The notes under the pieces are model-generated. The model made no database searches. It was not told the DNA's origin and saw nothing but the letters and a program-made list of their open reading frames with translations. Made by a program: the position numbers and the translations under genes. Positions 49,887 to 58,911 of a DNA stretch of 64,000 nt are shown piece by piece (the stretch's first letter is position 1; the number at the start of each line of letters is the position of its first letter). The DNA lies in the IMG/VR virus record IMGVR_UViG_3300013108_000622, positions 9,064 through 73,063 of that record, one strand, 5' to 3'. This DNA comes from a virus.

Positions 49887-50870
49887 ATGAACACCGAAAT
49901 GTTTGATAAATTAAAACAAGAAATCCCAAACTTTGTTGAAGAACATTGTTTTTTGGTAAAGCCGGAAAACGTTGTGTATGATGAAACTAAGTCACAATGC
50001 AGACAAGGCGGCCATATTAAAGAAAAGTATCCACTATTTAAAGAAATTATAGAATCGGGTGCTGAATTAGCACCAATTTCAGGCATCCGTTTGCCGAATG
50101 ATAAGTTTGATTTGCGAGAAGGGGCGACTAGAGTAGGTGGCGCAAAACTGGCAAACAAACCTCTTTTAGCATCTGACTACTTTCACAAAGAATTGGGTTA
50201 CACTGAATCCGACTGGGAAGATTTTCAGGCAATAGCAAACGATCCTAAAATTGAGACACCCAACTCTATTGGTGATATGGAATATTTAATTTCCAAACAA
50301 ATCAATAATGGAAATCTTGAGAAAAAAATAGGAATTAACTATGATGAAAATCCAGATGAGTTCATTGAAGCTGCTGCAAAGCGATATAAGAGTGTGATTT
50401 ATAAAAACTCTGGTAGAAGCAAAGATTTTTTCACCAGAAAGGTCAAAAACGCCCTTAAGCCTAAAGTTCAAGCTGCTGGTGCTTATGAGAATTACGACAA
50501 AAAAGCTGCACTAGAGATTTATAAGGCTCAAGCAGGTTCAAACTGGAATGGTCAAAGACAGGGGGAAATCGACAATAACAGAACTGTATATCCAATTGCT
50601 AGTATGAACCACTTGAATCCTAACATTATGGGGTATTCTGCTTCAAAAATGATGTCAAATCCTGATATAATTATAGATTTAGTATTTTGGACTGGAGACA
50701 TTGTTGGCAAAACGAAGGATGAGATCATACAAAAGGAGAGAAATCAGGTTCTCGGATGGTTTAATAAGGTAAATGCAACATATGGGTTTTTCGGAGATCT
50801 TTATGTACTTCCTCAAATCAAGCAGGGGAAAAATAAAGAAAACCTACACAAATTAATCAAGTTGACATAA
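49887..50870 (+). CDS. hypothetical protein with ParB-like N-terminus
   Basis: QCR...PI...DLREGATRVGGAK resembles the ParB GxxR box. Confidence 0.45.
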   Translation: MNTEMFDKLKQEIPNFVEEHCFLVKPENVVYDETKSQCRQGGHIKEKYPLFKEIIESGAELAPISGIRLPNDKFDLREGATRVGGAKLANKPLLASDYFHKELGYTESDWEDFQAIANDPKIETPNSIGDMEYLISKQINNGNLEKKIGINYDENPDEFIEAAAKRYKSVIYKNSGRSKDFFTRKVKNALKPKVQAAGAYENYDKKAALEIYKAQAGSNWNGQRQGEIDNNRTVYPIASMNHLNPNIMGYSASKMMSNPDIIIDLVFWTGDIVGKTKDEIIQKERNQVLGWFNKVNATYGFFGDLYVLPQIKQGKNKENLHKLIKLT

Positions 50871-51739
50871 TGGATATTACAATAAACCAACAAGATGGAC
50901 TTGAGCTTCTGCGCTCCCTTGAAAAGGGGAGCGTGGATCTCATTCTTACAGATCCCCCCTATGTTACATCCCGCCAAAGTGGGATGCAAAAATGGTATGA
51001 AAAAACGAAGAACAACACCCATGAAGCAAAAACAGAATCTGAATGGCTAAACCTTAAAACTCTTACCGAGTGGAAACAATTCCTACGAAAAGGTAAAGTG
51101 GCAAGGGGTAAAAGAAAGAAGAAATTGCAAGAATGCAGAGAAAACTTTCTAAAAACAGGCAGCATTTATGGAGAGAAGTACGGAGTTCAGACTGATTATG
51201 GAGACTGGGATTCAGAGTTTACACTTGATAAGTTAAATGAATTTGTAAAAGAATTTCATCGAGTGCTAAAAGATGGCGGCACGTGTATCATCTTTTTTGA
51301 TATTTGGAAACTTACCAACTTAAAGGACATTTTAGAGGACAATAAGTTTAAACAATTAAGATACATTGAATGGATTAAAACAAATCCTGTTCCAATTAAT
51401 AGTAAAGTAAATTATCTAACTAATTCGCGAGAGATTGCTTTGACTGCCATCAAGAAGTCTAAGCCAACTTTTAATTCAAAATATGATAATGGAATATACA
51501 AATACCCCATTCAGGGAGGCAAGAACCGAACCCACCCAACTCAGAAGAATTTAAAGTTGTTTGAAGAATTAATAACTAAACATTCGAATGAGGGTGAACT
51601 AGTGCTAGATTGTTTCCTTGGTGGTGGCACAACCGCTATTGCTTCTTTCAATACTGGTCGTAGCTTTATTGGTTGCGAGCGAGAGAAAGAGCATTACGAC
51701 AATTCTATTGATTGGTTGGAGAGAGAAGGTAATGAATAA
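50870..51739 (+). CDS. N6/N4 DNA methyltransferase (beta class)
   Basis: DLILTDPPY ... HPTQK ... VLDCFLGGGTT. Confidence 0.9.
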   Translation: MDITINQQDGLELLRSLEKGSVDLILTDPPYVTSRQSGMQKWYEKTKNNTHEAKTESEWLNLKTLTEWKQFLRKGKVARGKRKKKLQECRENFLKTGSIYGEKYGVQTDYGDWDSEFTLDKLNEFVKEFHRVLKDGGTCIIFFDIWKLTNLKDILEDNKFKQLRYIEWIKTNPVPINSKVNYLTNSREIALTAIKKSKPTFNSKYDNGIYKYPIQGGKNRTHPTQKNLKLFEELITKHSNEGELVLDCFLGGGTTAIASFNTGRSFIGCEREKEHYDNSIDWLEREGNE

Positions 51740-51956
51740 TACTGAACATACTTTAGAAATACAAAAATTAATTATAGGTAGAGATGAGGCAGAATGCGAA
51801 GCGAATTCTACTATCTCAGAATATCTTGTAGAAAGAGCTGCACTCTATGGAAATAAGCTCGGCAGGATGAAAAAGAAGGTAGTTGAATTTGACATTGTAG
51901 AAGATCAATACTCAGGGGATTGGGTGTTGATATGTTACTGTGAGAGGGACTTTTAA
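51732..51956 (+). CDS. hypothetical protein
   Basis: Likely start ATG 51732. Confidence 0.5.
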   Translation: MNNTEHTLEIQKLIIGRDEAECEANSTISEYLVERAALYGNKLGRMKKKVVEFDIVEDQYSGDWVLICYCERDF

Positions 51957-52291
51957 TGAGTGATGAGTATGACGTATTAATCGATGATTTGTTCATGGAT
52001 GACTCAAAACCACCATCAAAACCAACCGCCCAAGATATTAGGCAGGCAATAAATAAAGAGATTCGCTTAAATCGTGCAGCAACCAAAACAGTAAAGGGTC
52101 TAGAAATCGATGTACCAGATTCTTGGGTGGACGTACTTCAAAATAATGCAGCTATTCTATATGACTATGGACCAGCAGGTTGGAAAGTTATGTGGTATCA
52201 GAAGCACTCTGAAGGACCGGGCGAAGGAGAGTTAATTCGCTCTTGGATAAGCATAAGAGACAAACGGCATGTTGCCAAGGAGATGAGATAA
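51956..52291 (+). CDS. hypothetical protein
   Basis: Coupled ORF. Confidence 0.5.
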   Translation: MSDEYDVLIDDLFMDDSKPPSKPTAQDIRQAINKEIRLNRAATKTVKGLEIDVPDSWVDVLQNNAAILYDYGPAGWKVMWYQKHSEGPGEGELIRSWISIRDKRHVAKEMR

Positions 52292-52777
52292 ATGATTATT
52301 GAATACACAAGAATGAGAGCAGATGTGCGTCCGCCGGAACGAGCAAACCCCAGTGATGCAGGATTAGATTTGTATTTTAACCCAGAATCAAAAGGGTTTT
52401 TACCAAGCCCAACGATAGATAGCGTAGTTATCAATCCCGGCGAGAGTCAATTACTTTCCACCGGCTATCGCTTTGGCGTACCGCATGGCTATATGTTGGA
52501 GATTAAAAATCGTTCTGGTGTTGCATCGAAACGCTCTTTGATTGTTGGTGCCTGTGTTGTTGACAGTGGGTATGATGGGGAGGTATTCATCAATCTTCAT
52601 AATGTCGGTAAAGAAGCGCAAACAATCGAACCAGGAACCAAGATTGCCCAAGCGGTGATGGTGCCTGTTGTCCATTTCCGTGCTGTCGAGACACAAAGTG
52701 GAAATCTATATGGGTGGTATCCCATCACTATTTCTGAACGAGGCGACGGTGCCCTAGGTTCAACTGATAAAAAATAG
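52292..52777 (+). CDS. dut: dUTPase
   Basis: DAGLDL, NRSG, VVDSGYDGE, KIAQ, RGDGALGST. Confidence 0.93.
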   Translation: MIIEYTRMRADVRPPERANPSDAGLDLYFNPESKGFLPSPTIDSVVINPGESQLLSTGYRFGVPHGYMLEIKNRSGVASKRSLIVGACVVDSGYDGEVFINLHNVGKEAQTIEPGTKIAQAVMVPVVHFRAVETQSGNLYGWYPITISERGDGALGSTDKK

Positions 52778-52789
52778 GGGGATTTGTAA

Positions 52790-53803
52790 ATGAAAAAGGG
52801 AATATGTTTTGACGACGTATTGTTGGTTCCTAAATATAGCGAGATAAGATCCAGAAGCGAGATTGATATTGGCAACCGTCTAGGCGGGTCAATAGAACTA
52901 AGATTGCCGATTATCTCATCTCCAATGGATACTGTAACCGAGCATTGTATGTCTGTTGTTATGGCGGATAAGGGCGGGATGGGAATTGTCCATCGCTACA
53001 ACACCATTGAAGAGCAGGCAAAATTGATTCCGAAAGCAACACTCGTCGGCGCAGCCGTAGGTGTAAACGGAGATTACTTGGAACGCGCCCAAGAAATGGT
53101 CAATGCTGGTGCAAAATTGATTTGTGTTGATATCGCCCATGGGCATCATTCACTTATGCGCAGTGCCCTGTGGAATTTAAAGAACAAATTACCACGAGAA
53201 ATTCATTTGATGGCTGGAAATGTTGCAACCTCTGAAGCCTTTTACGATCTTGCTTCTTGGGGAGCAGATAGTATAAAAGTTGGCATCGGAGGCGGAAGCA
53301 TTTGTTCCACTCGTATCCAAACTGGTCATGGTGTGCCGACTTTACAGAGTGTCATAGATTGTTCTACTGCTTCCTTTGAGACCGGAGTTAAAATGATTGC
53401 AGATGGAGGTATAAAAACATCAGGTGATATAGTAAAGTCTCTCGCTGCTGGAGCAGGATTTGTTATGTTGGGCTCGATGTTAGCAGGAACGCACGAATCA
53501 CCAGGTGAAATTATAGAGCCAAATAGCGAAAGACCTCGAAAAGCATATAGGGGTATGGCGTCTAAAGAAGCACAAGTTGAGTGGAGAGGGAGTGTATCCT
53601 CCAGAGAGGGTGTTGCCACAGAAATTCCTTATAAAGGTAGTGTGGAGCCCATCTTAGAAGACTTGCAAGTAGGCATACGCTCAGGATTTTCATATAGTGG
53701 AGCCTCATGTTTAACAGAGCTTCAAGAGTTTTCTAGTATGTTGCAGCAAACCAATGCTAGCCGCAGAGAAAGCTCAACCCATATTATGGAGCAGGGGTTT
53801 TAA
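52790..53803 (+). CDS. IMP dehydrogenase/GMP reductase family protein lacking CBS domains
   Basis: FDDVLLVP, SPMDTVT, GIGGGSICSTR, IADGGI, YRGMAS. Confidence 0.88.
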   Translation: MKKGICFDDVLLVPKYSEIRSRSEIDIGNRLGGSIELRLPIISSPMDTVTEHCMSVVMADKGGMGIVHRYNTIEEQAKLIPKATLVGAAVGVNGDYLERAQEMVNAGAKLICVDIAHGHHSLMRSALWNLKNKLPREIHLMAGNVATSEAFYDLASWGADSIKVGIGGGSICSTRIQTGHGVPTLQSVIDCSTASFETGVKMIADGGIKTSGDIVKSLAAGAGFVMLGSMLAGTHESPGEIIEPNSERPRKAYRGMASKEAQVEWRGSVSSREGVATEIPYKGSVEPILEDLQVGIRSGFSYSGASCLTELQEFSSMLQQTNASRRESSTHIMEQGF

Positions 53804-53805
53804 TT

Positions 53806-54084
53806 TTGTCATCATTTGCACGTAAACATCGTCGTAAAAAAGAAAAAGACGCCCAAAAGGATTTCAAGAAAAAGGTAGGCTTGTTTGACAAGTTGCCTGA
53901 TCATTGTTTGGTTTGTCAAAAAGATTTTGATAAAAAAGATAAAGAAATGGTGATGTCTTGGAATGTTGTGGTTCACAAAGAAAAAGAAGTGGTGAGGCTA
54001 TATTGCCCTACTTGTTGGGATGAAGCCGGAAAAATTATTAAGGATATAAAAAATGGACAACAAAACGCAAAAGTTAATGTTTAG
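53806..54084 (+). CDS. hypothetical Zn-finger protein
   Basis: CLVC...YCPTCW. Confidence 0.55.
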   Translation: MSSFARKHRRKKEKDAQKDFKKKVGLFDKLPDHCLVCQKDFDKKDKEMVMSWNVVVHKEKEVVRLYCPTCWDEAGKIIKDIKNGQQNAKVNV

Positions 54085-54547
54085 CTCAAAATCAGATATG
54101 TGGGGCACTCCGCAATCTTTTTTTGATAAATTAAATAAAAAATATAAATTCTCCTTAGATGCTTGTGCAACCAAGGAGAATAGTAAGTGTGAAAGATTTT
54201 ATACTATTGAGGATGATGGCCTTTCAAAGAGTTGGGAGAATGAGGTGGTTTTTGTAAATCCCCCATACAGCAACGTGGGCGAGTGGGTTGCTAAAGCTCA
54301 TTATGAATCCACCCACAATAATGCCACTGTTGTGATGTTGATTCCATCTCGCACTGATACAAAATACTGGCACCAATATATAATGGATGCGGCAAATAAA
54401 ATCTTCTTTATCAAAGGAAGGTTAAAATTTCAGAACGGGTCAACAGTCTCGGCACATTCTGCTCCGTTCCCATCAGCAGTCGTAGTATTTGACTTGGGCC
54501 ACTTTCGTTGGTCCGGTGGTCCGACAATTAAAACAATGGAGAGGTGA
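54053..54547 (+). CDS. phage N6-adenine DNA methyltransferase (Dam-like)
   Basis: WGTPQ, LDACA, FVNPPYS, LIPSRTDT. Confidence 0.88.
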   Translation: MDNKTQKLMFSSKSDMWGTPQSFFDKLNKKYKFSLDACATKENSKCERFYTIEDDGLSKSWENEVVFVNPPYSNVGEWVAKAHYESTHNNATVVMLIPSRTDTKYWHQYIMDAANKIFFIKGRLKFQNGSTVSAHSAPFPSAVVVFDLGHFRWSGGPTIKTMER

Positions 54548-54868
54548 ATGTCTGACAAAAAATCAAAAATTATCTTCACCATCCCCGAAAGAAAAAAGGT
54601 CGATCTCAAGTTACAGTTACAATATGATAACTTAACTCAGGTAAAATTTTTCACAACTATTGTTGATGGCTATATCAATAAGGAATCCAGTTTAATGGAA
54701 TATATTAATAAATTTAAAAAACAAAACTCAATCCAAAACAACGAACAGCGAAAGAAGATTTCGGGGAACATAAGAAAAGCCCAGCAAGTTAAAAACAAGT
54801 TTTCCTTGGAAGATTCTGAAGTTGAAAACATATTTGATATTTTAGAAAAAGAGCACCCAGAACTATGA
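54548..54868 (+). CDS. hypothetical protein, possible ribbon-helix-helix
   Basis: KIIFTI strand followed by helices. Confidence 0.45.
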   Translation: MSDKKSKIIFTIPERKKVDLKLQLQYDNLTQVKFFTTIVDGYINKESSLMEYINKFKKQNSIQNNEQRKKISGNIRKAQQVKNKFSLEDSEVENIFDILEKEHPEL

Positions 54869-55107
54869 AGTGTTATGACAAGTGCCGGATTGACGGAAAA
54901 AAATGTAAAGAAAAGAAATGTCGATTGTGGATAAATTATCCACAAGATTTTAATTGCACAGAAATTTCTGTTCAAAAAAATGATAAATTGGTATTTAGGG
55001 AAATTGGCGAGAGATTGGAGCTTACAACATCAAGAGTTAAGCAAATAGAAACTGCGGCATTAAAAAAGTTAAATACTAGGATAAACTCCATTTTGAAAGT
55101 AATATGA
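54865..55107 (+). CDS. stand-alone sigma70 region 4 HTH protein with Cys-rich N-terminus
   Basis: FREIGERLELTTSRVKQIETAALKKL. Confidence 0.8.
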   Translation: MKCYDKCRIDGKKCKEKKCRLWINYPQDFNCTEISVQKNDKLVFREIGERLELTTSRVKQIETAALKKLNTRINSILKVI

Positions 55108-55179
55108 GAGAAGTTTCCAGTTTTACTGACTATTTATAAACAGAAATAACTTTTTATATAAGTTAAGGAGAACTCACAA

Positions 55180-55821
55180 ATGGCAAAAAATGAAAATAAG
55201 ACCCTATTAAATGAAGGAACTATCCGTCGAATGATGAAACTAGCAAACATGGAATCATTGGGTAACGGATTTATTACTGAGAAGTGGACTGGCGAAAAAG
55301 CAGGCGACGAAGGCGCAGGCGATCACGAGGACGACACTGACTATGCAGGAAAAGGAATGCGCAAAGGTGACAAGTCTGATACCGGTCGTGGTGAAGATTT
55401 TGTCAAAGAAGAGTCGGAGATGGAAGCTGAATTGTCTGCCACAGAAGACGAGCTTGGTGCAGAAGATGAGGTTGCGGACGAAGAAGCAGCTGAAATTGAG
55501 AGCGAAGTTACAATCACCGATGATGAAGCACAAGATATTATCAATCTTGCTGATAAGCTAAAGGGTGCTGTTTCCGATGCCGAACCCGAAGAAGAGCCAG
55601 TGGTTGATATGGAAATGGATATCTCTGGAGAGGAAGAGATTGATATCGAAGAACCAGGTATGCGTGGTTCCGAGATGTACGAAGAAGAACTATATGAAGC
55701 TGCACTAAAAGGGTTGGAAATTGATATTGTCGATGACTCAAAAGAAGCAAAACTGCAACAAGTTAAAGAAGCCGTATATAAGAAAGTTATCAATCGCCTC
55801 CTAAAAGAAGCAAAAAAATAA
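55180..55821 (+). CDS. acidic late protein, possible accessory scaffold
   Basis: LLNEGTIRRMMKLA; E/D-rich; late motif at 55129. Confidence 0.5.
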   Translation: MAKNENKTLLNEGTIRRMMKLANMESLGNGFITEKWTGEKAGDEGAGDHEDDTDYAGKGMRKGDKSDTGRGEDFVKEESEMEAELSATEDELGAEDEVADEEAAEIESEVTITDDEAQDIINLADKLKGAVSDAEPEEEPVVDMEMDISGEEEIDIEEPGMRGSEMYEEELYEAALKGLEIDIVDDSKEAKLQQVKEAVYKKVINRLLKEAKK

Positions 55822-55822
55822 T

Positions 55823-55851
55823 TTGACTTATAATCATTTATAAGTTATATT
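55823..55851 (+). promoter_or_regulatory. sigma70 promoter, leaderless for iscU
   Basis: TTGACT-N17-TATATT-N6-ATG. Confidence 0.7.
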
Positions 55852-55857
55852 CACAGA

Positions 55858-56247
55858 ATGAGCTATAACAAAAAAATTATAGATCATTTCGAAAATCCAA
55901 AAAATGTGGGAACCTTGGATGCGGCATCTGCCGATGTTGGCACCGGTTTAGTCGGAGCGCCTGCTTGTGGCGACGTTATGCGACTACAGATTAAAGTCAA
56001 CTCCGAAGGAATAATTGAAGATGCTAAATTTAAAACTTTTGGGTGTGGTTCTGCTATTGCTAGTTCCTCTCTTGTTACTGAGTGGGTCAAGTCCAAAACG
56101 ATAGAAGACGCCGAAAAAATTACAAACAAACAAATAGTTGAAGAGCTTTCCCTCCCGCCCGTGAAAGTTCACTGCTCTGTTCTTGCAGAAGATGCTATCA
56201 AAGCTGCTATAAAAGATTGGAGAGAAAAATGCAAGAAGAAGGGATAG
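55858..56247 (+). CDS. iscU: Fe-S cluster scaffold IscU
   Basis: GAPACGDVM, FKTFGCGSAIASSS, LPPVKVHCSVLAEDA. Confidence 0.95.
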   Translation: MSYNKKIIDHFENPKNVGTLDAASADVGTGLVGAPACGDVMRLQIKVNSEGIIEDAKFKTFGCGSAIASSSLVTEWVKSKTIEDAEKITNKQIVEELSLPPVKVHCSVLAEDAIKAAIKDWREKCKKKG

Positions 56248-56600
56248 AATTTACAGAATTTGATGAAGATGAACAGTATCCCATTTCCATTTCACCACCA
56301 GCCATAGAAGCCTTCAAAGATGCAATTGCTAGCGAAAACCTGCAAGAGGATACCGCCCTCCGAGTAGGTCTCCGTGGCGGTGGCTGCGCTGGTTTTGAGT
56401 ATGTGTTAGATTTTACATCACCCCGATCACATGATTATAAAATGTTCTTTGATGGTGTAAAAGTTTATATGGATCCAATTTCGGCGATGCACCTTGAAGG
56501 AACTACAATAGATTATGTAACTAGCTTGATGGGTTCAGGATTTAAATTTATTAACCCAAATGCAACTAAGACTTGTGGATGTGGATCGAGTTTTGGGTGA
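56229..56600 (+). CDS. iscA: A-type Fe-S carrier (IscA/ErpA)
   Basis: GGGCAGFEY, GFKFINPNA..TCGCGSSF. Confidence 0.9.
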   Translation: MQEEGIEFTEFDEDEQYPISISPPAIEAFKDAIASENLQEDTALRVGLRGGGCAGFEYVLDFTSPRSHDYKMFFDGVKVYMDPISAMHLEGTTIDYVTSLMGSGFKFINPNATKTCGCGSSFG

Positions 56601-56684
56601 GAAATTTTTATTTTTTTCGCTTGGATTTCAAATCGGCGTGTTTGTTTCCTCGCTAGTTTTTTTACTTGCTATGCAAAATTGTTC

Positions 56685-56713
56685 TTGATATTATAAAAAT
56701 GGTGTAGTATACT
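56685..56713 (+). promoter_or_regulatory. sigma70 promoter, leaderless
   Basis: TTGATA-N17-TATACT-N6-ATG. Confidence 0.65.
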
Positions 56714-56719
56714 GTTTTT

Positions 56720-57109
56720 ATGGATAATACCTTATTGTTACTTGCCTTTTTATCATTCACGGCAGGATACATTTTTAAAACTATACTACACTCCTACAGA
56801 ACCTATACCATAACAGCTTCTTTTGTTAGAAAAATCAGCCTTGATATGTTGGTTCTTGTTAGTGAAGTTGTCTATAATGTTTCGTTTATAGAACAGCTCT
56901 ACACACTATCTCTAGAAAAAGCAGGCATGCCAGAAGACGCTAAGAAAATAAAAATAGATCTTGATATGAAATTCGAAGAATGGAAGATGGGGGTAGTAAA
57001 GAATTTTATAGAAAATTACCCCAAAGAGTACCGGTGGCAATTAGATTTTACCGACTGGGATGGGATTATAAAGGAGGTTGATGATATTTATAAACAGGGA
57101 AAAGAATAA
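56720..57109 (+). CDS. hypothetical membrane-anchored protein
   Basis: Hydrophobic N-terminus. Confidence 0.55.
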   Translation: MDNTLLLLAFLSFTAGYIFKTILHSYRTYTITASFVRKISLDMLVLVSEVVYNVSFIEQLYTLSLEKAGMPEDAKKIKIDLDMKFEEWKMGVVKNFIENYPKEYRWQLDFTDWDGIIKEVDDIYKQGKE

Positions 57110-57114
57110 AAGCG

Positions 57115-57474
57115 ATGGACACGCCACCAAACATATCATCATCCCAACACGAGATGAGGGTGTATATATTAGATTACTTTAGAAAGAAAAAGCTCATAAC
57201 TTTTCAAGAGAATGTGATATATTCAGAAAAAGTTTTTAAAATAAATGCTGTCCTGAAGTGGTGCTTTTCCCAGATACAAAATAAAAAAATGAGCTTTGCC
57301 CTTTGGGAAAAAAATAAAAAATTTTTAGCACAATATGTTGCAGGTATCGTTGACATTGAGTGGGATGATAACTCCTTTAATGTAATTGAGATAAAAAATG
57401 ACAAAGAACCAAGAACCAAAAGAAAAACCATCAGCCGAACCAAACGTCGAAAAAGAGGAGATGACGCTGAGTGA
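57115..57474 (+). CDS. hypothetical protein
   Basis: 119 aa ORF. Confidence 0.5.
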   Translation: MDTPPNISSSQHEMRVYILDYFRKKKLITFQENVIYSEKVFKINAVLKWCFSQIQNKKMSFALWEKNKKFLAQYVAGIVDIEWDDNSFNVIEIKNDKEPRTKRKTISRTKRRKRGDDAE

Positions 57475-58093
57475 GTTGAACGAGATTTTAGCCGCATCAA
57501 AAGCCGCCAGTGACCCAGAGTTAAAATGTAGGACCGTCACTATGTACGGCGAGGTTAATGAAGAATCTTGCAAACTAATTGTTTCTTCGTTGCATTATTA
57601 TAGAGCCGTAGGAACTATCGAGGAGTTCGTGGAGTCAGATGAAGAACCAGAGTCTACGGTACAAATTGTTTCTAGTTGTCCAGACATTGATCTAATCATT
57701 TCCACAGAAGGTGGTAGTGTGCCTGATATGTTCTCTGCCTATGATTCCATCAGAGAGGTTTCTAAGTCTTGTGATATATCCACTTTTGGCGTCGGGAGAG
57801 TTATGTCCGCTGGTGTCCTTATGTTGGCCGCAGGTACGAAAGGAAAACGACGAGCAGGAAGAAACTGCCGCCTTATGTTACATGCAATTACTGGTGGTCA
57901 TTTTGGTTCGTTAAAAGAGTTGGAAGTGGATATAAGAGAAGTAAAATGGTATGAAAATCAGTATGTTAAGGCTTTGTCAGCAGAAACGAACTTAACTGAA
58001 AAGAAAATAAAATCTATTTTTCGAAGAAAGACAGATACTTATTTCGATGCCGACCAAGCCTTAGAGTGGGGAATAATAGATGAGATTGTTTGA
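57398..58093 (+). CDS. clpP: second ClpP-like protease
   Basis: ISTEGGSV, VMSAG, LMLH, DTYFDADQALEWGIIDEI. Confidence 0.82.
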   Translation: MTKNQEPKEKPSAEPNVEKEEMTLSELNEILAASKAASDPELKCRTVTMYGEVNEESCKLIVSSLHYYRAVGTIEEFVESDEEPESTVQIVSSCPDIDLIISTEGGSVPDMFSAYDSIREVSKSCDISTFGVGRVMSAGVLMLAAGTKGKRRAGRNCRLMLHAITGGHFGSLKELEVDIREVKWYENQYVKALSAETNLTEKKIKSIFRRKTDTYFDADQALEWGIIDEIV

Positions 58094-58859
58094 TAAGGCC
58101 ATAAATTTTTTAATAAAGGCAAAATTAGATCCATCATCCCAGCGACGTGATCAATTAGACCGCGAGGCTTCGGAGGAGTGGGCAAAGCCGAGTGGTGATC
58201 AAAAAAGTATAATCTGCAATAATAAACACTATGCTATTGAGTGGGACAATGTGGTAACATTCAAACAACCTGATGGGCTTGTGTTGCCAAAAAATTGTTA
58301 TAAAAAACAGAAAAATCCACGCACACCAAATATGTTTGTCGCCCATTGGGATGTTTGCCTTTCATCTAAAAGTTGCTTTAATATATTAAAAAAACGTAAA
58401 CTCTCGGTTCATTTCCTCATAGATAACGATGGAACAATTTTTCAATTAATGGATTGCAATGACATTGGCTACCATGCGGGCAACCGAGCTGTTAACAATA
58501 ACAGCATTGGGGTGGAAATATCCAATGCTTATTATCCAAAATATCAAAGTATATATAAGAAGCGTGGCTTTGGCCCGAGACCGGTTTGGAAAGATGCGAA
58601 AGTTCACGGAAAAACACTAGAGCCTTTCCTCGGCTTCTATCCAGCTCAAGAAGAGGCTTTTATAGCACTTTCTAAAGCATTGAATAGTGTTTATGGAATC
58701 CCATTACAAACACCACAAGTTGGTGGTGTAACCTCCACAACTGTTGTCCCTAGTGTGAAACGTGGAGTGTTTAAGGGTGTTGTGAATCATTTTCATGTTA
58801 CAAATCGTAAGATCGATTGTGCTGGATTTGATATTGATAAATTTTTAAAAAATATTTGA
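58080..58859 (+). CDS. N-acetylmuramoyl-L-alanine amidase (Amidase_2), probable endolysin
   Basis: VAHW, SVHFLIDNDG.IFQ, YHAG..N..SIGVEI, H...KIDC. Confidence 0.85.
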   Translation: MRLFDKAINFLIKAKLDPSSQRRDQLDREASEEWAKPSGDQKSIICNNKHYAIEWDNVVTFKQPDGLVLPKNCYKKQKNPRTPNMFVAHWDVCLSSKSCFNILKKRKLSVHFLIDNDGTIFQLMDCNDIGYHAGNRAVNNNSIGVEISNAYYPKYQSIYKKRGFGPRPVWKDAKVHGKTLEPFLGFYPAQEEAFIALSKALNSVYGIPLQTPQVGGVTSTTVVPSVKRGVFKGVVNHFHVTNRKIDCAGFDIDKFLKNI

Positions 58860-58885
58860 CAAATCCAAATAACTTATGTTAGAAT
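58856..58885 (+). promoter_or_regulatory. sigma70-type promoter for groEL
   Basis: TTGACA-N18-TAGAAT with TGn. Confidence 0.6.
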
Positions 58886-58911
58886 AAGTAATCTCTAACA
58901 AAGGAACAAAA

